Notes under the pieces: model-generated
What the model saw: only the letters and a program-made list of their open reading frames with translations
Databases searched by the model: none
What the model was told of the DNA's origin: nothing
In this document: one piece after another, positions 13,624-31,750 of the stretch
Numbering within the stretch: position 1 is the stretch's first letter
Layout: every line of letters begins with the position of its first letter
Position numbers and translations under genes: made by a program
From: Eledone cirrhosa
Lineage: Eukaryota
Direction of reading: 5' to 3'
Assembly: GCA_964016885.1 (NCBI GenBank)
Contig: OZ024741.1
Span: 395,312,001-395,376,000 of the forward strand
Length of the DNA: 64,000 nucleotides

Positions 13624-14105
13624 GTATATATATGTATATATATATATATGTATATGTATATATACATGTACATATATATATGTATATATACATGTACATA
13701 TATATATACATGTACATATATATATATATGTATATGTATATATACATGTATATATACATGTACATATATATATATATATACATATATATATATGTACATG
13801 TATATATTTATTGGAAAAAAGGAGCTTCTACAGGACTAGAACTGTTTCATTCAGATGAAATCTTCAGGAAGCTGGGTGTCATATTAAGTTCTGGATATAT
13901 ATATATATGTATATATACATGTACATATATATATATGTATATGTATATATATATATTTAACATATATATGTATGTATATGTATATATACATGTACTTATA
14001 TATATATGTATATATACATATATATGTATCATCATCATCATCATCATCATTTCATATATATATATATGTGTATATATATATATATTATACATATACATAT
14101 ATATG

Positions 14106-14137
<32 letters not shown>

Positions 14138-14299
14138 CATATATGTATATATACATATATGTATATATACATATATGTATATATACATGTATGTATATAT
14201 ACATATATGTATATATACATATATGTATATATACATATATGTATATATACATATATGTATATATACATATATGTATATATACATATATGTATATATACA

Positions 14300-14392
<93 letters not shown>

Positions 14393-14703
14393 CATATACA
14401 TATATTATACATATACATTTATACATATACATATATATGTATTTATACATATATATATATATACATGTACATATATACATATATATGTATATGTATATAT
14501 ATATGTATATATACATATATATGTATATATATATACATATATATGTATATATATATACATATATATGTATATGTATATATATATGTATATATATACATGT
14601 ATATGTATACATGTATATGTATATATATATACATACATATATATGTATGTATATGTATATGTAAATATATATATATGTATATATATATACATTTATATGT
14701 ATG

Positions 14704-14737
<34 letters not shown>

Positions 14738-14750
14738 ATATATATACATA

Positions 14751-14825
<75 letters not shown>

Positions 14826-14836
14826 GTATATATATG

Positions 14837-14868
<32 letters not shown>
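13419..14868. repeat. Interrupted (TA)n microsatellite array with two small islands
   Basis: Direct reading; islands at 13808-13894 and an (ATC)n run at about 14028-14050. Confidence 0.98.
13823..13873 (-). ncRNA. Type I hammerhead ribozyme (family H2)
   Basis: Minus strand AGCTTC-CTGAAGA-tTTCatctGAAt-GAAA-CAG ttctagtc CTG-TA-GAAGCT. Confidence 0.85.
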
Positions 14869-14880
14869 GGAAAAAGTATG

Positions 14881-14976
14881 ACCCCGACGGCAGAGCTCAA
14901 GCCGTTTCGACGGCTATTTCTGGACTAAATTAGAATTTTTAGCCTGGTGAATAAATAGCCGAACTTGTCAAGGGGT
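14881..14976 (-). ncRNA. Type I hammerhead ribozyme, U3:A8 core variant with long stem II (family H3)
   Basis: Minus strand ACCCC-TTGACAA-Gtt CGGCTATTT...AAATAGCCG tC-GAAA-CGGC ttgagctct GCCG-TC-GGGGT. Confidence 0.78.
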
Positions 14977-14989
14977 ACTTCCTTATATG

Positions 14990-16860
14990 TCAAGAGGATT
15001 GGTTAAAATTTGTTGTAAACACAAATAAGTCTATCATGGCATTTGGTGGGAGGTAGGGATGGCTGACGGATTCGGCCGAGGTCACAGATCTTATAGGATT
15101 ATTCCTACTATTTAAACTCACCAAAATGTTTCCTGCATTTGGTGGTGGATTGTACCGGGATGATGGGCTCCTCACCCTCAAAGGGTACAACCCCAGTAGT
15201 ACAGACCGGGTCTGTAAACAACTAATCAACTTCTTCCGGGACAGGGGATTTAAAATCACCCTACAAACGTCCCAAACCCGAGTGAATTTCCTGGACGTTA
15301 CCCTTAACCTCGAAAATGATCTGTACTACCCATACAGGAAACCAAACGACAACCTCCACTACATCCACCGCCGCTCTAACCATCCTAGAAATATCACCAA
15401 TAACCTGGTTAAAAACATCTCCCCCCGCATATCTCGTTTGTCCGCTAATGAGCAGATATTCGACGAACACGCGCCTCATTACAACCAGGCCCTCAAGCGA
15501 AGTGGCTTCCGGGAGGAAATATCCTTTTATCCAGCTTCCCTTAGCGGAACAAGCAAGTGACACCGCCGCTCACGCAACGTAACGTGGTTCAATCCTCCCC
15601 ACAATGCCGAGGTGGCAACACCTATCGGGAAAATCTTCTTTAGACTCCTTGAAAGACACTTCCCACTACAACACCCCTACCACATAATCAAGAAAAACAC
15701 CATCAAACTCTCCTACAGCACCACACCTAACTTTGCATAAAACATCATCTCCTCAAACAACAAAAAACTCAACCCCTATGGAAGAAATAACCTAGACATC
15801 AGTGGAGAGCCGACCAGGAGGTGTAACTACCCTGATAGATCTACGTGCCCCCTCAACAATAAATGCAGAGAACGTAACGTGATCTACCAGTGCAACGTGA
15901 GGACAGGCACCTCCAACAAAGCTTATATAGGATTAATCACATGTCACTTCAAGACCTGGCTCTACCAACACCGACAAACTTTCCGAAACCCGGTCCGGCG
16001 ACAAGCCACTACACTTTCGGGCCACATCTGGGACCTCAAAGATAATAATATAACCTACAATCTCACTTGGAACTTACTGTCCAGAGCTAACTCTGACACG
16101 GGAGGACGGCGTCTGTGTGACATATGCTCGGGGGAAACATTACAAATGCTGTTTTCGAAGGACCAACTCCTAAACAAGAAAGACGAACTGGTAACCGCAT
16201 GCAAACACAGATTGCGTAGGACTTACCTCGGTCTCAAACTCTATAACGACCCGGGTGGGTAGACAAGGGCTGACCCCCCCCCACACACACATACACTTGC
16301 CGAATAAGTTAGGGAAAACCCCAGCTTAAATAGGTAGATGTATCTCTTTTCTTTTCCTCTTTGTCTTCTTCCCTCTGTCTCATCATATCACTTCCTTCCA
16401 CCCCCTATTTTCTTCCTCGTCTGCCTTTCCCCTTTGGCCTACCCCGATGCAGCCCATCGGGCCTTGTAGCATCAGTTACCCCACCCTTGTGATTTTAAGA
16501 TAGAATTGGCCGAATACGTTTGACTAACTACTTATAGAAGATGTGTTAAACCCCTTTAATTTTGCATTAGCTTTGTAATTTCTACAAGTTTTTTCTATTC
16601 TCAACTTATTAACCTGTAATTGTAAGATAGCATTGTCATTTTTTTAATTCATTTCTCATTATCTAATTTTATATATTTTTTAATTTCTTTCTATTATCTT
16701 TTGTTGTCTCCTACTCTCATTCGATTTACCTATCCTATAATCTCCCTCCTCCACTTCATACACTATCCTTAGAATCTGAGGTATACATATCACTTTCAAC
16801 GCTTGACCGCTCCAGTCACTCCCCTATTGTTCAACAGGCAAGTTCAGCCACCCCTACCTG
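14990..16860 (+). mobile_element. Penelope-like element, Naiad-type, 5'-truncated (RT C-half plus GIY-YIG, disrupted; coding remnant ends 16262)
   Basis: GLYRDDGL, VNFLDVTL, SNHP, WFNPP, CNYPDRSTCPLNNKC, VIY...YIG, CDIC..E, LNKKDE..CKH motifs. The 3' boundary is uncertain. Confidence 0.87.
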
Positions 16861-16901
16861 TCATGTAGGTGTCACGACAAAAATATGTATGTATATGTAC
16901 A

Positions 16902-16936
<35 letters not shown>

Positions 16937-16945
16937 ATATATATG

Positions 16946-17022
<77 letters not shown>

Positions 17023-17035
17023 GTATATATATATA

Positions 17036-17165
17036 TGTATTGAGCTATTTATGTTACTGGTAATAAGGTAGTAATAAATTACTGTCTCACTATTTAGGGT
17101 TTAAAATATATATAACTATAAAAGGTTTTAGTATATAAATAACCATAAATAGTATCCTTAATACT
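17036..17165 (+). repeat. PLE pseudo-LTR 3' terminal fragment, related to 57168-57303
   Basis: ATTGAGCTATTTAT..TACTGGTAATAAG...ATAAATAGTATCCTTAATACT is shared with 57168-57303 and, inverted, with 61745-61880. Confidence 0.8.
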
Positions 17166-20084
<2,919 letters not shown>

Positions 20085-23000
20085 CTGTTTCCTCCAAACC
20101 GAGGTTTGGATTCTTCGGAGCAATTTATTATTGAATGAACACTTATATGACCTCCTTTTCACCCAAGAGACATACAGATACATATGCAAATATTGTGGGT
20201 CAACATTCATTACAGCATTTAGTGTGGCAGTACACATTTACAGATTACATTCATATTAAAAAATACAATCAAAAATACAGGTTAAAATACAACATGAAAT
20301 TAAGCGGTTATAGAGTGCAATAGTTATACGTGTGGCAAGCACGTGCGTCTTGTTTATATAGTGTGACAGAGAGTTACGTGTAATAGAAGCACTTAAGCAG
20401 CTAATCAAGAGTGTTAAGGGGGTTGATCTGGTAATGAATTCTTTATATGATTGTTATAGCCTGTGCGTGGAGAAATAATATAAGCATTAAAAATAATGTA
20501 AGCATTAAAAATATTGGAAATGCGTAGCGAAGCGATATGGATTTCATGCACTGCGACATTTTCATATTCCTTAGAGCGTATTTTTCAGATTATATGCCCC
20601 TCACATAATCCACGACGATTCGATATTGGGCGTTTGACAATCCTGTTAGAGAATCGTAGTCTGATGTTCTTTAGTTCAATACAGCAGGTTGTTACGTTGC
20701 GAGAATCGACATCGAAATATTACCCGGAAGTGTGTGTGTGGCTAAAGGGAGTTAATGCATGAGGGGAGGTAACTCAGTGGTTTCTATTACTAACTATTAA
20801 ATTGTGTCTCAAAATAGTCCCTAACTTATATGGTTATGCGCAGTTTCTAAAAATTTCTAAAATGCGGAGGAAGTGCCATCGTTGGATAAATGGAAGACTA
20901 ATTAATCTAGTAACGTTGATGAGCTGTACGACAGGTATGCTGAGTGCAGTGAATGTATTACAAGTGGCGTATGGGTTGTACATATATGTATGATTTGATG
21001 GTCAGATTGGTGACATGAGGAGTGTAGACTGACCTCTGCTCTGCCCTAGTGATGATTATCTTTCGACATCCAATATAGCATGCACAGACCCGGAACTTAC
21101 CAGGGATCATTGTGTGTTGAAGTGATTCTGGAATCACCTTGCCTGGTTCTATGACTGGACTGCAATCACAATGATCATTAATTTAGAAATCTTGCTCGTC
21201 GTGTATAATATTCATTTGTGACACTCTACGATGGAGGATAATCACCATAATAGGAACACCTTCAGCACAGCTTAATAGACTACATTATAGTTAAGACACT
21301 TTAAATTTTTAGAAACTGCGCATAACCATATAAGTTAGGGACTATTTTGAGACACAATTTAAGAAAATGAAATACATGCTATGTGGTAAAGTCAGAGTTT
21401 CAAGAGTTTGACAAAATGAGTTGTTTTGATTGGTGGGCTGGATCAAGGCGATGTACTGGTCTGTAGTGCATATGGGGGTGGGTGTGATGGTGAGATGTTG
21501 GTGACGGTCTGTGGATGAGGTGGGCTGTGGTATGGTGGTGGTGGGTTGGCCTTGGCGTGTAGAGTATGTGGGGGTGGATGTGATGATATGGTGGTGGTTA
21601 AGGTTATTTAGTGGGATGGGCTGTAGTATGAGGTTAGTGGATTGTCAGTAGACGGGTTGGCGTGTAGGTGGGGGTGTGGTAGTGGTGCCTTTGTCTATGG
21701 TAGCGGCGTTTGTGGTGGTGTGGTGGATGTATTGGTGGCTTCAGGTCCTTACATAGATACATAGTCAGACGCTCTTCGTCTGACAGATACCTTGTATATA
21801 CGTATACGTACACACATATATGTATATATGTGCACATATATTGTTGTATAAACACACACAACATAAAACACATACGCACATCCTTGCCCACACATATCGG
21901 CATACGCTCACACACAGCCATATGTATATGTACACACATGTATGTGTATGCGCGCATGCAGACACGAATATGGAGTGTGGGGGAGTATCGGTGGGGGTGG
22001 CGAACGACAGAGATGGGGGGGAGGTGAGAGGCGATGTAGAAGGTGTTTTACATATATACACATACACATACATACACATGGGTATGGGCACATGGACTCA
22101 CACTCATGAATGCAAGATATACACATACACACTCGCACACACGTATACTCACACATATATATATATACACACACACACATGTACCGACAACACACACATA
22201 CACGCACATATACACATACATGCACATATATGAGTTCACCTACACAGTCAGATTTACCCATATACATATATGCAGACGTATACATACACACACATACATA
22301 CACATACATATATACACACACATACACATATGCATACACACACACATATATATATATATACACAGATATATATATACACACACATAGACATATGCATACA
22401 CATGTGTTCACACACACATACACATAATTTTGCGTACACGCACGCACACTTAAAACACCCGTATGAGTAAAATACTTACACACAGACACACACACTATTG
22501 TTGGTTGGGGAGTGGAGGTATGTGTTGTCGGTGTTGATGAAGTATGGAGTTGTGTTTTGTGGTGGTGGAGTTGTGAGGGACAAAAATATATATACCGGAT
22601 CGAATACCGGTTAAAAGGTGACATAGGGAACGCGGGGGGAAAGCGTTTATGGACGTACGGCGGTGTGTGTTGTGGACATGGTGATGGTGGTGGTGCTGGG
22701 GTGATATGTTCGACAAGATGATTACATGATCAGAGGTTACGGTGTGTTATATGGTAGGCAGACAGAGGGTGGGGGGTATATAATACAGTCGATTTGGGAG
22801 CGAGGGATGATATGTGTTGATGATGTTAATGATAATGATTGTTGAAGTATGTGGATGTATTTAGTGGTGGCGGTGGTTGTGTGTACGTGCGACAGTACAG
22901 TTACAGGGTCGAATTTAGCGTGGGGTTGCAAGTTAGGGTAGATAGAGGGAACATGGGGGGAAGAGGTTGTAGGCGTGTATGGTATGCATATGACGATGTG

Positions 23001-24648
23001 TGGTGTGGTGGTGGTGGCGATGGTGTGATATGATCGACATTGTATTTACAAGGTCCCTAGTCATTGTGGATTGCAAGGTAGAACGTATCATAGGATACCG
23101 ATCTAATACGATGTTGCAACTATGAGGTGTTGATGTGGATTTTGGTGGTGGTGATGGTGATGCGTGCGGCATGATATACAAATGCGGGCTTAGAAATGGT
23201 AACATGGAGTACAATACAATAAGTTCATTGGGGTGGGCGATGTTGAAACGGGGTATAGGTGGTTATTAATATGGTGTGTCATGGTTAGTGTGATTTTTGG
23301 TGTGGGTTATGTATGCGGCATGATATACAAAATACGGGCTTACATATGGTTAAATTCAATGCAATGAAATAAGATAAAGTGAAGTTAGATTAGAATTAAA
23401 GTTCGTTGAGATGGGCGATGGTGATACGGGGCAGGTACGGTTAATATTATGGTGGGTCATGGTTAGTGCGTGGTCTTCCCGCGAAAGTTTGTGCAGAAAA
23501 GGTGTGCATCCTAGTGTGTCTGCAATTGACAATTATGTCCGACCTATAGTTTATGGCGGAATCAAGTTTAATTATTTCCGCCGCCTCAGCTAGGCACAAT
23601 CTGCAGTGGTTTCTGTCACTGGGGATGTATGCCACACGTCTTTTTACTGACCACGAGATCCGGGGTTCAATATTCCTGTCCTTGAGGTCTCAGATCAGAT
23701 CGGCCAGTTTTGTTTGGGGTCGTTTCGATCTATGTTTGAAGGAGCATCTGTGGTTATATCAGCGCTCCTTAAACGTAGTGGATGTCGCACCTATATATGA
23801 GTACTCCTTATTGCCGGCAGTGACATCGCACCGGTAAACAATATTCTTAACGAGGCACTCCCCGTTTAGTGGGCATCCGTCTCGTTTTTTGCAGTTGCAT
23901 TTGGGAGTAACCGGTGCGGTGCAACGTTGGCGGTTGGTGTCGAGGGGTGTTGGTGTGGTGTGTGTTGTGTTGTGTTGTGTTGTGTGTGTGGTTTCGTTCT
24001 GGGTTGTGGTGGTGGTTTGTTGGGGGGAAACCATGTGTTTTTGTATTTTTGCCCTATTATTGTGTGCTATTGTGTGGTCTAGGTTTGGTGTTGTGGAGAA
24101 AGAGAATTTTACGGTGTGTTTATTGAAGAGCTTGTGGTATTTGTGAGTGTGTGGAAAAGATTGTTCCAGGGCCCTGAAAAAGGTTCCCGGTATGTTAGTG
24201 GTGACGTGTATATAATAGGAGGGGTGGGGGTTATACCACGTGAAGGTCTACTTCGGTTTATGCGTTGTTTAGTGAGTTTGTGTGTGTTTTGGTCAGGCGT
24301 GTGTTTCAAAAAGGTTCCAGGTAATCTATTGGCGTTATGTTCCTTGTCTCTATTGGTACGCGAACGTTTGCGATAGTCGGAGTTGTTATTGGGGCTGGAG
24401 AGTATGGCTTTATCTCCTAGACAGTTATGTGTGGTGCTGTCTGCGCTGCCGGCTAGGGGGCGTCTAAGGTTATTGTGTGTCCTATGTGTGGAGGTTTCTT
24501 CTAAGGGTCCTGCTATGTTTAGCTGTGTTGCGGTTCTATTAGGGTTGATGTAAGAAATCTTCTCAGTATAACCAGCGTTTATAAGTGCGGAGTCATAGTA
24601 TTCCGCGTGCTGCTTGAAGATGTTTTCGTTGGCCGACAGTGTGGACAC
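20085..24648 (-). mobile_element. Penelope-like element, Naiad-type, 5'-truncated; coding remnant about 23447-24648, long CA-rich 3' region, truncated H4 hammerhead at 20085-20123
   Basis: [34 protein letters not shown]...YIG, CRLCLAE, NCRH motifs. Joining the coding part to the hammerhead end as one element is inferred from co-orientation. Confidence 0.72.
20797..21362. repeat. Pair of perfect 60-bp inverted repeats (20797-20856, 21303-21362) around about 446 bp
   Basis: TTAAATTGTGTCTC...CTAAAAATTT and its exact reverse complement. Confidence 0.9.
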
Positions 24649-25035
<387 letters not shown>

Positions 25036-25036
<1 letters not shown>

Positions 25037-25982
25037 TTAATAAGAGGAATTCCAACTTTGTCTGATTTACTCGTTTTATTTACAATCCTTTAAAATTTAT
25101 ATAATGGTATTATAATGAAATAGTATGATAGAATATTAAATTCTAAGTGTTAATTGAACAAGTACTTTCATGCTTTCGCAATCTTCAGGTTCATAATATG
25201 TGGTGACAGTCAAGTTTGCAATTTTCAACTGTAATAAGATGGGTAAATTTCCTACCTTTTATATATTTTATACAGGCAAAAGTGGCTCCAGAATGCTAAG
25301 CCCTGCAAACTGTATTTCGACCAATCAGTGTGTAGTTTCACTGAATTACTAAAGCTGATTGGTTTAAGCGTCACGGCTGGTTGAGCATGTCTAACGACCA
25401 ATAATTAATCATATCCAAAGCATCAATTGTTTTGCTATTTTTAGAAATGATGAAAATAGCATTTTCTATTAATCATCACCATCAACATCACTTTTATTAT
25501 TATTATTATTATTGTCGTTGTTGTTGTTGTTGTTGTTGTTAGTGGTAGTAGAAGTAATACCCCTAAGCGTTATTATTGTTCATTTAGCTTGGGTTTGAAT
25601 TTATCAATAAAATTCTTTTCTTTGATTTTTCTCTTGATTTCACTTGGGCTGTGTAATTTGTAGAATGGAAATATTATAAATATTCCCTGACCACATGTTG
25701 CTAGATGGTTACTTAGGGGTATCTGACGGACATTTGGGTTTCTGATTTGTTGACGGTGTACCCGTGCACGTTCCGATAGTGCATTTCCAGTTTGACCGAC
25801 ATATAGTTCTTCACAATTCGGGCATTTAATGCAGTAAATTAGATTTCTGCTTTTGCAGTTCATATTTGCATTTGGGAATATTTTTCCAGTTTTTGTTTTC
25901 ATATATTGACCGGCGTGTATGGATTGACACATGCCGCATCGACTATCATTGCATTTAGATACAGTGAATGATTGGTCTTTGT
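25036..25982 (-). mobile_element. Inverted 3' end of the Neptune-type PLE: GIY-YIG endonuclease (25573-25980), 3' UTR and pseudo-LTR
   Basis: CNDSRCGMC, NCKSRNLIYCIKCPNCEELYVGQTG, R...H, E...LN motifs; 25036-25265 is the reverse complement of about 26240-26474. Confidence 0.92.
25155..25193 (-). ncRNA. Minimal hammerhead ribozyme (family H5)
   Basis: Reverse complement of 26317-26355. Confidence 0.83.
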
Positions 25983-26316
25983 TGGAAGAAGAAACCAAGA
26001 ACTGGTCATACCATTTATAATGACACACAACCCATGTCACCAGAATATCTTCAACACTGCCAAAGCAAATCTACCGATCATTGCTCAAAGTAATGAATTA
26101 AAAGGCTTAATCACAGATCGATCTTTGACTCTTAGTAAAAGACAGCCAAAAAATTTGAAGCAATTACTAACAAAAGCAAAGTTTGACCTTAACAACAAAG
26201 ACCAATCATTCACTGTATCTAAATGCAATGATAGTCGTATAAAATGTATAAAAGGTAGGAAATTTACCCATCTTATTACAGTTGAAAATTGCAAACTTGA
26301 CTGTCACCACATATTA

Positions 26317-26355
26317 TGAACCTGAAGATTGCGAAAGCATGAAAGTACTTGTTCA
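26317..26355 (+). ncRNA. Minimal hammerhead ribozyme (family H5)
   Basis: TGAAC-CTGAAGA-tTGCgaaaGCAt-GAAA-GTAC-TT-GTTCA; palindromic AGTACT stem III; GNRA-capped stem II. Confidence 0.85.
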
Positions 26356-26557
26356 ATTAACACTTAGAATTTAATATTCTATCATACTATTTCATTATAA
26401 TACCATTATAAATTTTAAAGGATTGTAAATAAAACGAGTAAATCAGACAAAGTTGGAATTCCTCTTATTAATATAATCTTCTATACACAATCATACACAC
26501 CCGTGTATATTTACCTATCTATATATATATATATATTCCTATTGTGTATATGCCAAC

Positions 26558-29500
26558 ATGTCTGGAAAACAACAAATGAAATCAACAGAATCAGAAAGAA
26601 TTCTAAAGGAGATATCATCGAAATTATCAACACTTATCATGATGATGGACACACAATCCTCTATTTTAAAGGAAATAGAAAAACAATCTACAGACGGAAA
26701 ACTTATAACTGAACATATAAACTCTGAAATTAAGAATTTAGCTGAAATTATACCAACAGTTATCAAAGATACAAGAGAAAGCCTACCACAACCCCCTTGG
26801 ATGTCAGAAATAAACGAAAGAAATTTGGAAAACAAAACACATCGAATAAGAAATGAAATGTGGAAGACATGGAAAAAATTCCTTAACATAAGAAAACAAA
26901 ATTTCTGAAAAGCATACAAATGCGAAAAATATGTCGAAACACATTCGAAATGGCTCTCTCTAACGGCACCCATACTCCCTCGTAAATAGCTAATTACAGA
27001 AATTGCAGGAGAACCAGAAGAAGAAACAAAACTCCGATAGGAACTTACATTGACAAAATTCAGGACCGACATCTCCATTTCTGAATGTAAACAATCCCGC
27101 TACAAAGCCAAATATGAAGCTATTGATGACCAAATTGAAGTTGAAATTTCAAAGCTAACGACTGGTATTATAGCTGAAAAACTACGAGAACTATGGATCA
27201 GAGATATCTCAAAAGAAGAAAACAAATCAAGAAAGGTATGGCAGCAGAAACAATTATTTCTTGACGAATATGCTGCAAATTACGGTAAAGACTCTGGAAC
27301 CCTGAGAAAAAGCATTAAAAGTGGACAATCTCATCAACACAACATACGCCAGAACACGTGCCAACACAAACACTCACCTTACCTTGAATCAAAGAAGAAC
27401 TACGGTAATAACTCTTCGCTTTTTCTACAAAAACACCCTATCGCACACAACATGAACAAAAAGCACAAACACGATAGATATTCCTTTGACCAGACCATGA
27501 GAAGTAGTAAAACCAGGAGATCATTCTCAAGATCTCAACAGAGACTACCAACAAGGAATGTGGAAACAAAACGTAGAATAACCAGATCACTCTCAAGATC
27601 TCAACAGAGATTGCCCACAAGAAACTGGACGAAAAAACGATCCAAACCTGAAAGCAAACCTAGGTCATTTCCCCAGATTGTTAAAAATAATATACAGAAT
27701 ACCAAAAATAGGACAAAATACATAACGAAACCAAATATAATATCACGACCAAAAGTTCATCAAGTGAACACCAACAGGAATATAAATCGTGAACAGAGAA
27801 AAATCCATTTTTTAACGTCAGGACAACAAAACCGGAAAAAGAAAAACTCCAGGAGGAAACATACCCAAAACAACTGTACACGTAGATCCTAAAATAATTA
27901 ATTTATCTAAAAGAGATCTTGACAATGATGAAATGCAAATTCTGTCAAAAGGACTGAAATTCACACCGACTCCAACAGTCAACCACCAAGAACTGAAGGA
28001 GGATACCCAAGAATTCTGTCGAAAATTACGTCTTGTAGAATTCTTCGCTGATAAAAGTAATGAGAGTGATGAATCACTAGTAAAGAATAAATCAAATTTC
28101 ACTCCGCCAAAAGGAAGAAATATCTATCTCGACCAATACATTGACATCCTGTCTAAATTTCCTCTTAGACATAATACTAATGTTAGGCCAAACATTAACA
28201 AATCAGAAATGTCTGCACTTAAATGTATACAAAACGTATCAAGCAGATAAAGGGGGTGCAGTTGTTATAATGGATACTACAAGGATTTGGTTGAGGAACA
28301 ACTGAAAGACACAACATTCTATCATGAAATACTGTCAAATATAGACCACAACATCATGAAGAAGATCAACAACCTGGCTTCAAAATACCACAACTCACTT
28401 ACTGATAAGGAAAGAGACTACATCACCAATTTTGAGCCGAAACCCAGCAACCTGTATGGCCTACCGAAAGTTCATAAGTCAAAAGAAATACAACTGGCAG
28501 TAAGAGAACAAAACAGTGAGTACATTAAATTATTACACCCAAAAGACTTAAAACTTAGACCTATTATAGCTGGTCCAACATGCCCCACCCACCGTCTAAG
28601 CAATTTTGTTGACATTATTTTGAAACCACTATGTATTCACATACCCAGTTTCATCCGGGATGATATCGACTTCCTGTCCCATCTTTCCAAAACCACGGAA
28701 ACGAATTCACTTCTACTCAGTTTTGATGTGGTAAGCCTTTATACCAACATTACACATGATTTAGGAATAAAGGCGGTTAAATACTGGGTGGAAAAACATA
28801 GAGAAGTGATTCCCATCAGATTCACAGCGCCATTTATATTAGACGCAGTTAAACTTATTCTGGAAAACAACACTTTCTTCTTCAATGGAAAGAATTACAT
28901 CCAAATTAGAGGCACAGCGATGGGAACAAAGTTTGCTCCCGTTTACGCGAACTCTGTAATGGGATACTTAGAACAACAACTCTACCAAGAAATAGAGGAA
29001 AAATATAGTACTGACTTTAGAAAGTACATTAAAAAATCTTGGAAGAGATACCTTGACGACTGTTTCATAATCTGGACAGAATCTCTAGATACTCTGGTTG
29101 AGTTCAATATCTTCCTGAATAACCTACACCCATCTCTCCAATTCACAAAAGAGATGAGTAGGACCAAATTACCATTCCTAGATATAATGATAATCAAAAA
29201 CGACACCACCATTACCACGGATATATATTATAAACACACAGACACCCATCAATATCTGAATTTTAAGTCGTGCCATCCACCTCATACAAAACGCAACATC
29301 CCATACTGCCTAGCCAGAAGAATTTGTACCATTGTAGAAGATACGAATACCAGGTACAAACGCCTAACAGAACTAAGAGAATTTTTGCTCAAACAAAAAT
29401 ACCCATCTCTACTTATAGAAAATGGCATACAGCGGGCTATAAAAATACCTATACAACAACTTAGGACAACCCAAGGAAGAAGAAGCCAAGAACTGGTCAT

Positions 29501-29762
29501 ACCATTTATAATGACACACAACCCATGTCACCAGAATATCTTCAACACTGCCAAAGCAAACCTACCGATCATTGCTCAAAGTAATGAATTAAAAGGCTTA
29601 ATCACAGATCGATCTTTGACTCTTAGTAAAAGACAGCCAAAAAATTTGAAGCAATTACTAACAAAAGCAAAGTTTGACCTTAACAACAAAGACCAATCAT
29701 TCACTGTATCTAAATGCAATGATAGTCGATGTGCCACATGTCAATCCATACACGCCGGTCAA
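26558..29762 (+). pseudogene. Neptune-type PLE reverse transcriptase ORF (stops and frameshifts upstream of 28287; RT open 28287-29761)
   Basis: NLS...[56 protein letters not shown] motifs. Confidence 0.92.
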
Positions 29763-31232
<1,470 letters not shown>

Positions 31233-31402
31233 TAGATAGATAGGTAAATATACACGGGTGTGTATGATTGTGTATAGAAGGTTATATTAATAAGAGGAAT
31301 TCCAACTTTGTCTGATTTACTCGTTTTATTTACAATCCTTTAAAATTTATAATGGTATTATAATGAAATAGTATGATAGAATATTAAATTCTAAGTGTTA
31401 AT

Positions 31403-31441
31403 TGAACAAGTACTTTCATGCTTTCGTAATCTTCAGGTTCA
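31403..31441 (-). ncRNA. Minimal hammerhead ribozyme (family H5), stem II mismatch
   Basis: Same as 26317-26355 but with TAC/GCA in stem II. Confidence 0.75.
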
Positions 31442-31518
31442 TAATATGTGGTGACAGTCAAGCTTGCAATTTTCAACTGACAGTTGAAAATTGCAAGCTT
31501 GACTGTCACCACATATTA

Positions 31519-31557
31519 TGAACCTGAAGATTGCGAAAGCATGAAAGTACTTGTTCA
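31519..31557 (+). ncRNA. Minimal hammerhead ribozyme (family H5)
   Basis: Identical to 26317-26355. Confidence 0.83.
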
Positions 31558-31685
31558 ATTAACACTTAGAATTTAATATTTTATTATACTATTTCATTAT
31601 AATACCATTATAAATTTTAAAGGATTGTAAATAAAACGAGTAAATCAGACAAAGTTGGAATTCCTCTTATATATATATATATATA

Positions 31686-31748
<63 letters not shown>

Positions 31749-31750
<2 letters not shown>

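Larger units (their letters stand above)
25983..29762 (+). mobile_element. Penelope-like element, Neptune-type: partial tandem fragment, pseudo-LTR, then ORF cut off by a TA array
   Basis: 25983-26238 duplicates about 29476-29728; pseudo-LTR about 26240-26530; ORF from the ATG at 26558. Confidence 0.92.
31232..31670. repeat. Palindrome of two Neptune pseudo-LTRs (arms 31290-31479 and 31481-31670, 1-bp spacer)
   Basis: ...TTTCAACTG A CAGTTGAAA... centre at 31480; each arm carries an H5 hammerhead. Confidence 0.93.

Noticed and set aside
15558-15560. In-frame TGA in the first Naiad
   Set aside because: It lies in a basic K*HRRSR linker; CGA to TGA decay is more likely.
16444-16475. Hairpin in the Naiad 3' region as a SECIS
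   Set aside because: It lacks the AUGA/GA core and the apical AA.
23680-23765. In-frame TGAs in the Naiad GIY-YIG region as selenocysteine
   Set aside because: They fall in ER*YNH and LI*DL, contexts that fit Trp (HIWDL in the other Naiad), so TGG to TGA decay is more likely.
25320-25403. Three CCAAT boxes in the Neptune 3' UTR as a promoter
   Set aside because: Short motifs in mixed orientation with no independent support.
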